A stretch of 64,000 nt of DNA from a virus, in IMG/VR virus record IMGVR_UViG_3300050821_008688, positions 1 through 64,000 of that record. One strand, given 5' to 3'. A program made the translations under genes and the position numbers. The notes under the pieces were generated by a model. That model had not been told where the DNA came from, did no database searches, and worked only from the letters and a program-made list of their open reading frames with translations. Of this stretch, positions 37,875 through 46,602 are shown piece by piece (position 1 is the stretch's first letter; the number at the start of each line of letters is the position of its first letter).

Positions 37875-37888
37875 AGTACTAAAGTACC
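37875..37888. promoter_or_regulatory. GTAC-N4-GTAC box abutting -35
   Basis: AGTACTAAAGTACC. Confidence 0.75.
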
Positions 37889-38039
37889 GACTTTCAGTCG
37901 GGATTTGCGTTGGTGATTTTGTCGAGTATAGCGACGCGCGCCTCCGCGCGGGTCTTTCCCGTTTGTATCATGACGCGAGTGACCCAGTCTTTTAGAGCCT
38001 TGCCTGCAACGTGTTCCCATCGAGTTTTCATGGTGTCTC

Positions 38040-38267
38040 CTAGACAATCGCTTTGACGTTCAGGTCTCCCGGTTCGTTGCGAAGCCCGAAAGCCTTCTCC
38101 AGTTCATACATCAGCGTATGAAACCCGCCAGTATCGCCACAGTTCGGGCATCCGCCGTGGTCATTGTTGTAGCCTGCATTGCTCAAGCCAGCGTCAAATA
38201 TTTTGCGTTGGACCTTGAACACCTCAGCTATCTTTCGTTTTTCTTTCAGACTGAATGAAGTTTTCAT
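38040..38267 (-). CDS. hypothetical protein (CPNC)
   Basis: SD GGAGG. Confidence 0.6.
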   Translation of the reverse strand: MKTSFSLKEKRKIAEVFKVQRKIFDAGLSNAGYNNDHGGCPNCGDTGGFHTLMYELEKAFGLRNEPGDLNVKAIV

Positions 38268-38469
38268 AGTGCCTCCATTATTTTTTCAGATTTAATTCTT
38301 CGAGCAGGTAGTCCGCTAGACTTATCCAGTTGTCGGAGAGGTACGAGCCGACTCCGCTGTATTCCGCATAGTCCGCTTTTGTGTTCGCCAACTCAGTGAC
38401 GAACGCGAGCAACTTTTGCGCCTGCTCTTGCGTTATGGGTTCGGCCATCGTATCCTCCTCGAAAATTTT

Positions 38470-38760
38470 GCGGGCTCTTTTTCGCTGATGAGCCTATGTA
38501 GAGTCGGCACCTTGCGGTGGGCAACTCCTCACATAGCCAGCGATGGAGCCCTTACGACGGCGCGTCTTACCCATTAGGCCGCGCGCCGAAGATTGGTGGC
38601 TTCTACGTTGCCCGGTGGAACAATCCACTGTGGAGTCTTGTGTTGCTGCGACCTTACCGGGTGAGAGCAGGATTTCCGTCCCGCGTCTCCACTCTTTTGA
38701 CCCGTCTTATTCGCATTCTCCATCGCGGGGCGATTCGTCGTAGTGATAGCGCCACCGATG
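38470..38760 (-). ncRNA. highly structured intergenic RNA with an AN...AA* short frame
   Basis: Multiple stems; stop codon inside a hairpin; long irregular hairpin capped by a GCAA tetraloop. Confidence 0.4.
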
Positions 38761-38958
38761 TTAAGAAACTTTTTTGATGAGCCCGTTTTCCATTGTGACT
38801 TCGGCGAACCAGTTGCGCTTGTATGGCGACGGCCCGACCACACAGAACTTGCCGTCTGTTTTGAATTCAGGGCCGAATGCGCTGGTTTCCTCGTAGCGCA
38901 ACGGCAGGCCGACCGCCGCTTTCAGGGCTTTCTTGGTCGCGTAATTGGCTCCCATCAT
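38761..38958 (-). CDS. phage hypothetical protein (YATKKALK)
   Basis: SD AGGAGG. Confidence 0.7.
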   Translation of the reverse strand: MMGANYATKKALKAAVGLPLRYEETSAFGPEFKTDGKFCVVGPSPYKRNWFAEVTMENGLIKKVS

Positions 38959-39079
38959 TGTCGTGTGCCTCCTGAGATATTGTGGCGGTCGCCGAGGGCA
39001 AGTAGCACTACATTGACTACCGCATCTTCTCTGGTTTCCGCCACAACCCATTATCACTTTTCCTGAGATTCCTGTCTAT

Positions 39080-39093
39080 AGTACTTTAGTACC
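39080..39093. promoter_or_regulatory. GTAC-N4-GTAC box between divergent promoters
   Basis: AGTACTTTAGTACC; leftward TAGACA..GATAAT, rightward TTGACA-16-TACACT. Confidence 0.75.
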
Positions 39094-39137
39094 GATTTTT
39101 TGCTTGACAAGGAAACTCACGGGTGTACACTCAGTTC

Positions 39138-40469
39138 ATGTCAACGTTTTCCATCTCAGGCACTATCTCTCCTGCGTCCTTTGTGAATCCTGCCACTACC
39201 ATCGTGACATGGAATATGGGTTTTCCTCACTGGGGGAATGTGTCGCCTGCGGCTGACGGTACATACACGATTCCTAATTTGGCTCCCGGAACCTATATCA
39301 TTCAGGTAACCGGTTCAAATTTTTTGTCTCCCGCACAAACAGTGATTGTGAGCAATGCCAACGTGACTGGAATAAATTTTGTTTGTACGGCTGCTCCGAA
39401 TATAGGAGTTTTCACGCCAATTTTTTCGGATTCTTTTCAGCGAGCGAATGAAACTCCACTTGGTAGCACAGTAGGACATCAGCAGTGGTCACCGCCGAAC
39501 GGCAGTCCGGGGCTTATTACTTCAACGTATCCTGAAATTTTGAACGACCAAGCGATAAGCGAACTTAATGGTACGCTTGACGGAACGGCGGTGTATCTGG
39601 ATGTTGCTCCATATCCTGTGCTGCCTGCGGACCAGTTCTGTCAGTGGACATTCAAAACTCTGAAAAACGGAAATGCGTGGATATATGTTCGCAGCACACT
39701 GCCCGGTACGGGGTCAGGCAACAACGCACTTGAAGTTAATTGGAGTTTTTTTGCGATAAACGGAGCCGGTGTTCGTGGATGGGGATTTGCACCGGAAGAC
39801 GACAATTCCGGTAATATTCCATACAACTTTGTTCCATTTCAGCCGTGGCCTGTTAGCGAAGGTGATACTTGGGCTGTTGGGATTGCGGGACAAGGCGTCA
39901 ACAGCGTTGCATATGTTTTTGTGAATGGCGTGTGTATATGGCAAGGGTCTCTAGCACCGAATCCAGATTTGAATAAGATGTTGCCGAATGGCACCGTTGG
40001 AATTCAAATAAATCCCTACTCTACTCCGCCATTGGCGAGCGATATAGGCATAATCAATTTTGTGTCTGGGGCTTTTTCTGTGACTTCTCCCTCAGTTCCG
40101 AGCGGGATTCGCGGTATTCTTTCGTTTAGCAAACGCACTACGACCGCCGTTACAGTTTTTGCGTGTCTGGGTGCAGCAACAAAAGCATTTCATCTCGCTA
40201 ACACCCCGAGCATAATGAATTCGCTGCATCTTGAACACGTGGAGCTATTCAGTTTGTATCGCCGAGTTTGTCACCAAGATAAAATGAATCAGGCTGCGGA
40301 TTTGGATGCCACTATCGCGAAAATCGTCACCGTGGTCGGGCAACTGAATGCGACGGTACAATTAATCACGCCGACGTTTCGGAATGCTGTAGAAGTACAA
40401 GAAGTTCAAATTGTGATTGCGAATGCAGCGCAGACTATGAATCTAGTTGTACTCGCGGAGACTCCATGA
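39138..40469 (+). CDS. Ig/carboxypeptidase-regulatory-like + lectin-like beta-sandwich protein
   Basis: DGTYTIPNLAPGTY, then an FSDSFQRANE domain and a helical C-terminus. Confidence 0.65.
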   Translation: MSTFSISGTISPASFVNPATTIVTWNMGFPHWGNVSPAADGTYTIPNLAPGTYIIQVTGSNFLSPAQTVIVSNANVTGINFVCTAAPNIGVFTPIFSDSFQRANETPLGSTVGHQQWSPPNGSPGLITSTYPEILNDQAISELNGTLDGTAVYLDVAPYPVLPADQFCQWTFKTLKNGNAWIYVRSTLPGTGSGNNALEVNWSFFAINGAGVRGWGFAPEDDNSGNIPYNFVPFQPWPVSEGDTWAVGIAGQGVNSVAYVFVNGVCIWQGSLAPNPDLNKMLPNGTVGIQINPYSTPPLASDIGIINFVSGAFSVTSPSVPSGIRGILSFSKRTTTAVTVFACLGAATKAFHLANTPSIMNSLHLEHVELFSLYRRVCHQDKMNQAADLDATIAKIVTVVGQLNATVQLITPTFRNAVEVQEVQIVIANAAQTMNLVVLAETP

Positions 40470-40720
40470 AAATTATAAGGAAAGAAGCAGGTGATGAGCA
40501 CACGGTGCCTTACGAGGTATTTTGCGAGGAGCACAACACGCAATTTCCTTTCAAAATTAGTTTCTTCGCACTATCTGCGGCTCCTAGTCCAAGAGCATTG
40601 ATTGAGGAGATTGCAAGTCAGGTGTTGCGGAGTTGTTGTTCTGGATGTAGAGGATTGGACGCGCCGTTGCCACCGACACGCTGGCCGAACGCGGGGGAAC
40701 CGGGAGGAGCCGAACTGTGA
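40466..40720 (+). CDS. hypothetical protein
   Basis: Coupled ORF. Confidence 0.55.
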   Translation: MKIIRKEAGDEHTVPYEVFCEEHNTQFPFKISFFALSAAPSPRALIEEIASQVLRSCCSGCRGLDAPLPPTRWPNAGEPGGAEL

Positions 40721-41040
40721 AAGACCCACTGATTGATAATTATCGGATGCAGGCTGCGAGACACTATGTTGAAGATTGTTTAGTTTTTATAGACGGTTCT
40801 ATTGAAGCGGGCATAAGGCGTATTGGTACGGATGGATTTGAAAAAATAGTACGGGATGTTTATAAAGCAATGCCGGGGAGAGCAAATGAGCATAGCAAGA
40901 TTTGCATCCAAGATTGAAGCCACGAAAGCCCACTGGTTTTCTCGCAGACACGAAACCGGTGGCCCAAACTCTGACGCGCGCGAAAAGTACAAAGCAGAAC
41001 AGCAAGCAAAGCGCGACCGCGCCACAGGTCCGAGGGTCTA

Positions 41041-41307
41041 ATGTTCAAACGAAAAGAACCAATCAAACTCGACATAAGCCTCGGTCAGTTTCCACACTGC
41101 GACCAGCGTATTCTTCACGCGCCTAGAGAATGCCAGTACTGCGATAAACATCAGGATTGGCAAGCGCTGCGCGTTGCATGGGGCATCGCTTTTACTGACT
41201 ACGAGCCTGAAGGAACTGAGCTACCGTGCCCTGCCGATTATGCGCGCAGTGACAAACACAAATTGTGGGGCGGTAATATAGCTAAACCAGCGGAGCCCAA
41301 ATCATGA
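41041..41307 (+). CDS. phage hypothetical protein (FPHCDQRILHAP..C.YCD)
   Basis: ORF with Zn ligands. Confidence 0.65.
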   Translation: MFKRKEPIKLDISLGQFPHCDQRILHAPRECQYCDKHQDWQALRVAWGIAFTDYEPEGTELPCPADYARSDKHKLWGGNIAKPAEPKS

Positions 41308-41467
41308 AATACATTTACAAGGTTGAGTGCGATGGTGACTCGCTGTACATTCTCGCGGAGAGCCAAGAGTCGGCGAGACAGCGCCTGCACGCAATCTGTG
41401 GCCGGGTGCCTGAGTATTTGGTGAAATGGACTATTGTTACGGCGCTGCCGAAAGGCGAGGAGTTTCT

Positions 41468-41734
41468 ATGAAATATGTTTCGCAGTCAGGCACCGTTGTG
41501 GAAGCGCACAAGATTAAAGCATTCGGGAACGACGCGATTGGACCCTACGTGGTTTTTGAAAACGGAGAGCATCATTCGCGTCCCCTTGTGCATGGATTCA
41601 TTCCAAGCGTTGGCGACTACTTTGTGCAAGATGCGCCACACACTGTGGACACAGTTCCGGCTTATGTTGAAGCGGGTGCCACGGCCATCATTGCGGCTGC
41701 AATTTTCAATAAGCTGTATACACCACAGGAATAG
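41468..41734 (+). CDS. phage protein with VEAxxI...GDY.V...F...Y fold
   Basis: SD GAGGAG; motif pattern. Confidence 0.6.
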   Translation: MKYVSQSGTVVEAHKIKAFGNDAIGPYVVFENGEHHSRPLVHGFIPSVGDYFVQDAPHTVDTVPAYVEAGATAIIAAAIFNKLYTPQE

Positions 41735-41744
41735 GAGGATTCAA

Positions 41745-42047
41745 ATGGACTTGAAAGATTTTCGTACGGCAATAATTACGAGTACTGAACAGCTAAGCTT
41801 GTTGCAGGCGGTGAACGAGGGCTATGAATTTTTGGCGGAACACATTTTCGCTGAGGTAGCTCCGAGCCCCCAGCGTACGATTGCGCTGCATCGGCTGCTT
41901 GAATCAAAAATGAACTTGGTCCACGGTATTACGCATCCGCCGCAGTACCTTGCACCTGTGGATGTGTTGAAACCGCGCCGAGATGCGAATTACGAATTCG
42001 GAGAATTAAGAAAGTCAGCGGAGTACTCTAAGAATGAGAGTCGGTGA
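41745..42047 (+). CDS. Acb2/Tad1-like helical hairpin protein (candidate immune-signal sponge)
   Basis: FLAEHIFAEVAPSPQRTIALHRLLESKMNLVHGIT resembles the SRExSLAxTxLEExxMW hairpin. Confidence 0.55.
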   Translation: MDLKDFRTAIITSTEQLSLLQAVNEGYEFLAEHIFAEVAPSPQRTIALHRLLESKMNLVHGITHPPQYLAPVDVLKPRRDANYEFGELRKSAEYSKNESR

Positions 42048-42219
42048 TGCGCCGCCTCTGTGTGTTCTACTACAAGGCGGCAGAGTGGCAAGGTAAGCCT
42101 GTTCAGTGGATTGTATGTACAAAATGCCGTGCGAAGATTCGCCACTGTCAGTTGACCAGTTTGTTGAAAGATGCAGCGCGACGCGCACAGTTCGCGGACA
42201 GCCAATATGGGAGTGAAAA

Positions 42220-42411
42220 ATGATAATTGATGACTACACGTTTTCGTATCTGATTAAGCGGGTTCTGGGCTCTGGTGTGTCAGTGAACGAATTAGCAGAA
42301 ACGCTGGGTGTGAGCGGATACACCGTGCAGTGGTGGGCAGGTGGGAGAAGTTTACCGCACCCAGCGATGCGCCAAGGGATTCGAGAAGCAATCGATTCAA
42401 TATACGGATAG
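42220..42411 (+). CDS. XRE/Cro-like HTH protein
   Basis: SVNELAETLGVSGYTVQWWAGGRSLP. Confidence 0.85.
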   Translation: MIIDDYTFSYLIKRVLGSGVSVNELAETLGVSGYTVQWWAGGRSLPHPAMRQGIREAIDSIYG

Positions 42412-42420
42412 GGAGAAATC

Positions 42421-42630
42421 ATGAGCAGACAATCAGTACGAGAAGAGAAGCATGAAATGCGTGTGATGCGAGTACTCAGCAAAGCGGTGCATGCGATGCA
42501 AAAGCTGACTGCACACGCACGCGTGGTTGACACGTTTCCAAACACGACCAAAGAAGCGTGTATTGAACTGATGAATGTAGAAGCCCGTACGCGAATCCGA
42601 TTTGCCATGAAAGATTCAGAGGCGGTCTAA
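42421..42630 (+). CDS. hypothetical protein
   Basis: SD GGGAG. Confidence 0.55.
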   Translation: MSRQSVREEKHEMRVMRVLSKAVHAMQKLTAHARVVDTFPNTTKEACIELMNVEARTRIRFAMKDSEAV

Positions 42631-42745
42631 ACATATCAGGACTACGTCCTGCTGCTTCATTGCAGGCTAGCGATGATGCTCAACGGCGCGCGGATGGGTT
42701 CCAGCACCTCCTTTCCTGTCCGCGCGACGAGCGAGGCGAAAAAGT

Positions 42746-42988
42746 ATGGCTGAAGAATTCATGACGCCGGATGGATTGCGTGCGGCGGTCAAGCAACTGA
42801 TGGGCGAGGCGCGTGGAGCAGGCGAGTTCCAAGTGGGCTTGGCGCGACAAATGGAAGAGAAATATCTTTGGCGTCACGGGCGTGCGTGGATGGTGTGGCG
42901 CGTCCAGTACCTTGATGGTGAGTGGTCACCGTGGCATGTGCGAGCTACAGCATTACCGGAGGTTCCGTTCGTGGAGATGAAACCGTGA
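42746..42988 (+). CDS. hypothetical protein
   Basis: ORF after a structured leader. Confidence 0.55.
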   Translation: MAEEFMTPDGLRAAVKQLMGEARGAGEFQVGLARQMEEKYLWRHGRAWMVWRVQYLDGEWSPWHVRATALPEVPFVEMKP

Positions 42989-43160
42989 TTAGAGAATTCG
43001 CATCTATCGAATTGAAATGCGATAACGCGCCATGCAATGCCGTTGTGTATGTAACCGAAGCCAGTCTTGAATTGTGCAACGAGAAGTTGCTTCATATGGG
43101 CTGGCGTATTTGGAGTCAGCGAGAACAAATTCTGTGTCCGATGTGTGTAGCGAGGAGAAA

Positions 43161-43595
43161 ATGGTTATCGGAATCGTAGGTGCAGAGGCTGCAAAATTCA
43201 CGCCGTTCACTGAGATGCAAGCGAAAGCGATTATTCGCGCGCTGCTATCAGGTCCGTACGTCACCGGCTATTCAAGCGGCCACTGTCATCTTGGCGGTGT
43301 GGATATTTGGACTGAAGAGATTGGAAACGAATTGGGATTGAAGCCGTTTATTTATCCACCAAAAACTTTGTCATGGGCCGATGGATACAAGCCGCGCAAT
43401 CTGCAAATCGTAGCAGCCAGCAATGAAGTCCACTGTATCACTGTGGAAAAGCTACCCGTAGGGTACAAAGGCATGGAGTTTGATAGTTGCTATCACTGTA
43501 AAGGGCGTAACCGAGAGCACTGCAAAAGTGGGGGATGCTGGACCGCTTGGAAGGCAGCAGCCGTTGGAAAGCCTGCGTACTGGCACATCATATAG
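43161..43595 (+). CDS. SLOG-superfamily (YspA-like) protein
   Basis: IGIVG, SG..GGVDIWTEE, GYKPRNLQIV. Confidence 0.7.
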   Translation: MVIGIVGAEAAKFTPFTEMQAKAIIRALLSGPYVTGYSSGHCHLGGVDIWTEEIGNELGLKPFIYPPKTLSWADGYKPRNLQIVAASNEVHCITVEKLPVGYKGMEFDSCYHCKGRNREHCKSGGCWTAWKAAAVGKPAYWHII

Positions 43596-43740
43596 GAGGA
43601 TTTATTTTAGTTCTAACAGTTTGCAAACGGTCAGTCAGACCGGTATGAAGGTGGGGAGCCGCGAGGCATACCATTCTTCTTATGACTATCTCGGTGAGCA
43701 ATTCCGAGCGCAGCGCAAGTCAGGCGAGAGAGATGGCATC

Positions 43741-44091
43741 TTAGGCGTGTTTCGGTTCTAGTTTTGGTTCGATTTGAAAAGCAGCACGGATGCGTTTGTT
43801 CTTTTTGCAGTTCAAAACCTCACGGTCTCGCACCACACAAAAATGATTGCTGCAATGGATGAAGAATTCGCCCTCGGGAAATGCCAGTAAGAACTGACGC
43901 ATTGTTGTTGGTGTAGGATGGATGCGACGCACGGTGCGATGTTCATGAATTCGAGTAAGTAAATCTGAAAGATGCATGCCATATTTTGGGCTGGCTTTCA
44001 AGTCATCGGTCGGCACGTTCAGATTGTCCAGAGCTATGAGCCCGCAGTTGTAGCTGTTGCCTGCCATGCCGTTTTGACTGTCTTGATTCAT
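43741..44091 (-). CDS. hypothetical protein (NC...A...H..VV, peptidase-like)
   Basis: ORF with SD GAGG. Confidence 0.5.
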   Translation of the reverse strand: MNQDSQNGMAGNSYNCGLIALDNLNVPTDDLKASPKYGMHLSDLLTRIHEHRTVRRIHPTPTTMRQFLLAFPEGEFFIHCSNHFCVVRDREVLNCKKNKRIRAAFQIEPKLEPKHA

Positions 44092-44095
44092 GATG

Positions 44096-44305
44096 TTAGT
44101 CCACCTCTTGGGCTTCGTACGCGCCGGGGAGAATCTGAATCGCTGCGAGCCCGTTCGCAACGCGTATCGGGTTTGCCCAAGCTACGCAGTCGGCGCAGAT
44201 GGGCTTGCGAAAGCCGTTGACCGTGACGCTAGGCACTAAATTAGGATTGAACGAAAACAGTTTGTGGCATCGCATGCACTCGCCTGTAGCCAGCATGAAT
44301 CCCAT
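44096..44305 (-). CDS. Zn-ribbon hypothetical protein
   Basis: CMRC...CADC. Confidence 0.65.
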   Translation of the reverse strand: MGFMLATGECMRCHKLFSFNPNLVPSVTVNGFRKPICADCVAWANPIRVANGLAAIQILPGAYEAQEVD

Positions 44306-44630
44306 TTTATAATCCTTCCATCACAATTCGCGAAGCATAGCGGTAGACCTTCAGTTCTAGCGCCGCTGCGTATTTTTCAACCAGTCGTCTCGCGGCCTCG
44401 GCTGCCTTGTAGTCTTCCTCTCCAGCACAATAGTGAAACAATTCAATGTGGTCTAGTAGGATTTGCATCAGCGTGCCTCCACGGTCTGAGTGTGTTTCTG
44501 GTTCTTGAAATACGTAAGCCACTTCGGAGTGGCGTGCAGCCGTGCTTCTTCTCGCTTCCATTTCAAAGTAGCGGCGCGGTCAAAGCCTGAGATGCTGGAA
44601 CCGCAGGTGCATCGGGCTTCGTAGCGCATG

Positions 44631-45080
44631 TTAGCTCACATCCGCAGGCAACAGGTTAGCGTCGGCAGGAACCAGGAATACATCGTAGGTCTTGTGCTTG
44701 GTTTCCACGATGAACACCAGTTCGTTGCTCGGTAGGCGATAGACGGTATGCGTCGGGCTGTAGGCATACGGCGAAGTAATCGCCGCGACGCGTGGGATTG
44801 CGTAGTTTGTGTCAGCCAACGTCGCGAGAAAGCGCGCGTGACCGACGTGTGAGGTAATGCGCTTGATGCGCTTCGGCATGGGTTCGCGGCCAATGAGTTG
44901 AAAGCGGATATCGGCATCGCGATAACCGGGGCGTTCACGATTCACTTTCACTGCCTGTTCAGCGAAGGCTTGCGCCTCTTCGTATGTGCCGAACCATGAA
45001 GAGTGATGTTCGCGAATGCCGCCGAGCAGCCAGCCGTTGTTATGCAGCAGAGTGATAACCGCTTTGTATTGGGTTGTCAT
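44631..45080 (-). CDS. hypothetical protein (FGTYEEA motif)
   Basis: SD GGAG. Confidence 0.65.
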   Translation of the reverse strand: MTTQYKAVITLLHNNGWLLGGIREHHSSWFGTYEEAQAFAEQAVKVNRERPGYRDADIRFQLIGREPMPKRIKRITSHVGHARFLATLADTNYAIPRVAAITSPYAYSPTHTVYRLPSNELVFIVETKHKTYDVFLVPADANLLPADVS

Positions 45081-45131
45081 TATCGTGTTCTCCATGTCAA
45101 GAGTATAGCGATTATCACATTTCAGTGCAAT

Positions 45132-45145
45132 GGTACTTTAGTACT
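45132..45145. promoter_or_regulatory. GTAC-N4-GTAC box abutting -35
   Basis: GGTACTTTAGTACT; leftward promoter TTGCAC..TATACT. Confidence 0.75.
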
Positions 45146-45445
45146 GTTTTTTAGTCGCTTCGCAGATGGGATATCGCAGGTGGCAGTTAGGATTGGCGTT
45201 GCGATTTTCGTGTCTGGGTACGCGACCTGTTTTCGTGAGCCGCACTCGCACTCCGCAGCGCGGGCAGTGAACAGTCATGACTTCCCCCGTGGCTTTTGGC
45301 CGACGCGGATGTGTTGCTGAGTGTCGCGCAGTTGTGTGCCGCGCCAGCCCGCGAGACCGCGATAGACCGTCGTGCCTTGAATCTTAGTGGTGATGAATAC
45401 TGGCTTCATGTAGACAGGATACCAATCATCACATTTCAGGTCAAT

Positions 45446-45459
45446 AGTACTTTGGTACC
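45446..45459. promoter_or_regulatory. GTAC-N4-GTAC box abutting -35
   Basis: AGTACTTTGGTACC; leftward TTGACC-17-TATCCT-6-ATG. Confidence 0.75.
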
Positions 45460-45926
45460 GAATTGTGATGGTAGTGAACGATATTCACGGGCAGTGATTG
45501 AAATTCATGGCGCAAGGCGCGCTTGCACTCCGCAAGGCTCGGTCGAGGCATATTAGTCGAGCAGCATTTCAAAGCGACCGCGACCCGCCAGTTATGTGGG
45601 TCAGTTCGTACAGGTATACGCTGTGAGGCACAGGAAGGTATAGTAGAGAGGTAGAGGCCGAGAGAGTAGCAGAGTGGCACAATCATACTGTGTGCGCGGT
45701 AGCTGGCTTCTAAGGCGATGCTCGCTACACAGACTATCAGTAGTGAGCAGCGCGAGGTATATCACCAGATTAGAGGCTTTCACCGTTTGCTGAAACACAC
45801 CATCACACTGTGTTCGTGATTACTCATGCGAACGCATGCGGCGTGTTATCACATTTGATGGAGACGAACGTGTGTGGCGTTGGGCGCAATTTTGATGCCA
45901 AACTATTTTTATTTTGCGTTGAGGTG

Positions 45927-46588
45927 TGTAAATTTTACATACTGTGTAATTTTTACATAGTAAATTTTACATAGTGCGCGCCGCCGAGCACGTTTGATGC
46001 CAATCACCGTGTAATTTTTACATAGTCGGTCAAAGTGATAGTGGCGATGTCGCCAATACACGTCGCGTATCTCGTGTGCTGTCAATGAATTATTCCAAAT
46101 TGGTATTTTCGCATAGTCAGGCGCGCAGCTAAGTGCTGCGTTATCATGCAGCGCGCGCTCGGATGGCGAGATTGTGCTGACCGCGCGCATCGCAATGTCC
46201 ATCACTCGCGCGCCCCACGCAACTAATTGATTGCGCGATAGTTAAAACATTTTCGTTTGGCCCTGTTCGTGCGTGCGCACATTTTTTCGCAATGGCCCTA
46301 AAATTGCGAGGACCCTTTGGCACTCCACATGCGGGCAAAAACGCCCCACGGAGGTCGCCTGCCAGCCGAGCCTAACTACACCCCCCTAACAGAGTTTATT
46401 TAATCTGCTTACGATTTCGCTTGACAAGTTCTAGGCGCTCGCGGTATCCTACAAAAGTTCCAAGGTCTGGGTTCTCAGGTGATTTCAAAAGCCCCCGAAG
46501 TCGGACATTAGAACGGACATCGTGTAAAATTTACACGGTGCGCCGTAAGTGTCGTTCAGGCGGGCCTTGGGACTATGTAAATTTTACA
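45927..46588. repeat. cluster of six TGTAA-N3-TTACA palindromes in the non-coding divergence region
   Basis: Copies at 45927, 45945, 45959 (AGTAA variant), 46010, 46523 and 46576. Confidence 0.85.
46421..46450 (+). promoter_or_regulatory. rightward sigma70-type promoter
   Basis: TTGACA-18-TATCCT. Confidence 0.6.
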
Positions 46589-46602
46589 TAGTGGGAGCAT
46601 CC

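Noticed and set aside
38485-38492. CTGATGAG, the hammerhead ribozyme core
   Set aside because: No stem II-GAAA or cleavage triplet in the right geometry. It is on the probably non-transcribed strand and lies within a long hairpin.
45927-46022. Possible mini-CRISPR array
   Set aside because: Repeats are 13 bp with irregular 1-38 bp gaps, and no cas genes are present.
46309-46363. Lambda cosN-like GGCAGGCGACCT and cosQ-like GGGTCCT on the minus strand
   Set aside because: Order and spacing differ from lambda, the site is far from terS, and the packaging genes are not lambda-like. Probably chance.
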